DNA of 64,000 nt from Squalus acanthias. Its lineage: Eukaryota. The DNA lies in the NCBI GenBank assembly GCA_030390025.1, contig CM059433.1, forward strand, positions 28,336,001 through 28,400,000. The letters run 5' to 3'. The translations under genes and the position numbers were made by a program. The notes below the pieces were generated by a model that saw only the letters and a program-made list of their open reading frames with translations, was not told the origin of the DNA and did not search any database. Of this stretch, positions 63,330-64,000 are shown one piece after another (the first letter of the stretch is position 1; each line of letters begins with the position of its first letter).

Positions 63330-63775
63330 GGCCCGTATTTTGCTGCCCCCACGGGTGCGTACATGGTGCGTACGCACCCTTAAGGGCCGCAAGTTCCAGG
63401 TTTTCGTGTGCGAAGCATCCCCGGGAAAAGGGTATCCGCGGGCGGAGGGTTGGTCAATTTACCCAACTACTGCCCAGCGAATGTTTTAAATGTTTAATTA
63501 AACGGTATTTTAATTAATTTTAACTATGAATTTTTTTAATTTTAATTGGTGCATAATTGTGTTTTTTATGTGATCCCCATTCTTTGAGTGGCTGAGCCGG
63601 CCCACATGATCCCAGGAGCACTTGTGAACTGCGTGCGCCCCTGGGATACGTGGGCCTTTACCCACGCGTTCCTGGAGAGGCCAAGGAGCGCAAGTCGCTA
63701 TGGATTCCGAAGCCCCAGGTACGCGCAGATTGGAGGCATTTCCCCGCGGGAAGCCTCAACCACAAATTCGGGCCC
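63330..63775. mobile_element. Harbinger-like MITE inserted in the CR1 tail
   Basis: Termini GGCCCGTATTTTG and, as reverse complement, GGCCCGAATTTG. CpG-rich. The host tail ttcta|tgtaatt resumes after it. Confidence 0.72.
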
Positions 63776-64000
63776 AATGTAATTACTCTGTCATCCAACA
63801 AATTAGAATTTCAGACTCTCAAATTTCAACATCGGGTCTGTTTTTCAATGATGGTGATTGTGCCGAGAGCACTGGATTATTTTTCCAAAGTAACATGCAT
63901 TACCCGGTGCCGTTTTATTGTATTAAGTACAAGGTTCCCTGTAAGCTGTGCGGGTGTGTGGCCACGCAGCCATCTGTGAAGGTACCGCGCAGGCCACTCA

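Noticed and set aside
622..63979. Most of the 60-220 aa entries in the ORF track
   Set aside because: They are alternate-frame or antisense readings of LINE/PLE fragments or chance ORFs, not independent genes.
1..64000. CRISPR array, prokaryotic operon, rRNA or bona fide tRNA genes
   Set aside because: None seen. The recurring about 30-60 bp motifs are dispersed retroelement tails, and the tRNA-like A/B boxes belong to a SINE head.

Overview
This is eukaryotic genomic DNA, almost certainly from a cartilaginous fish, judged from HER1-like CR1 tails, SacSINE1/Deu-type SINEs and shark-type Penelope remnants. The window lies inside the PRIM2 gene (DNA primase large subunit) on the + strand. Only two coding exons are present: 16094-16186 and 20240-20377, matching human exons 6 and 7 from memory. 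The rest is intron packed with nested transposons: CR1, L2 and a second CR1-group LINE family, Penelope-like elements, Deu-SINEs, hAT, Tigger/pogo and PIF/Harbinger DNA elements, and a solo LTR. The most notable items are: (1) a young Penelope/Neptune-like element with an uninterrupted RT + GIY-YIG frame and a hammerhead ribozyme; (2) all five Penelope copies, four with recognisable hammerhead motifs, lie antisense to the host gene; (3) a tail-less, intron-less internal fragment of AP1G1 mRNA; (4) a near-perfect 150-bp inverted repeat not assignable to a known transposon; (5) opposite-orientation LINE copies bracketing the two in-frame exons, a possible circRNA or exon-skipping configuration. 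I found no convincing wholly new multi-gene system. Repeat boundaries were read by eye and are approximate unless TIRs, TSDs or splice sites are quoted.
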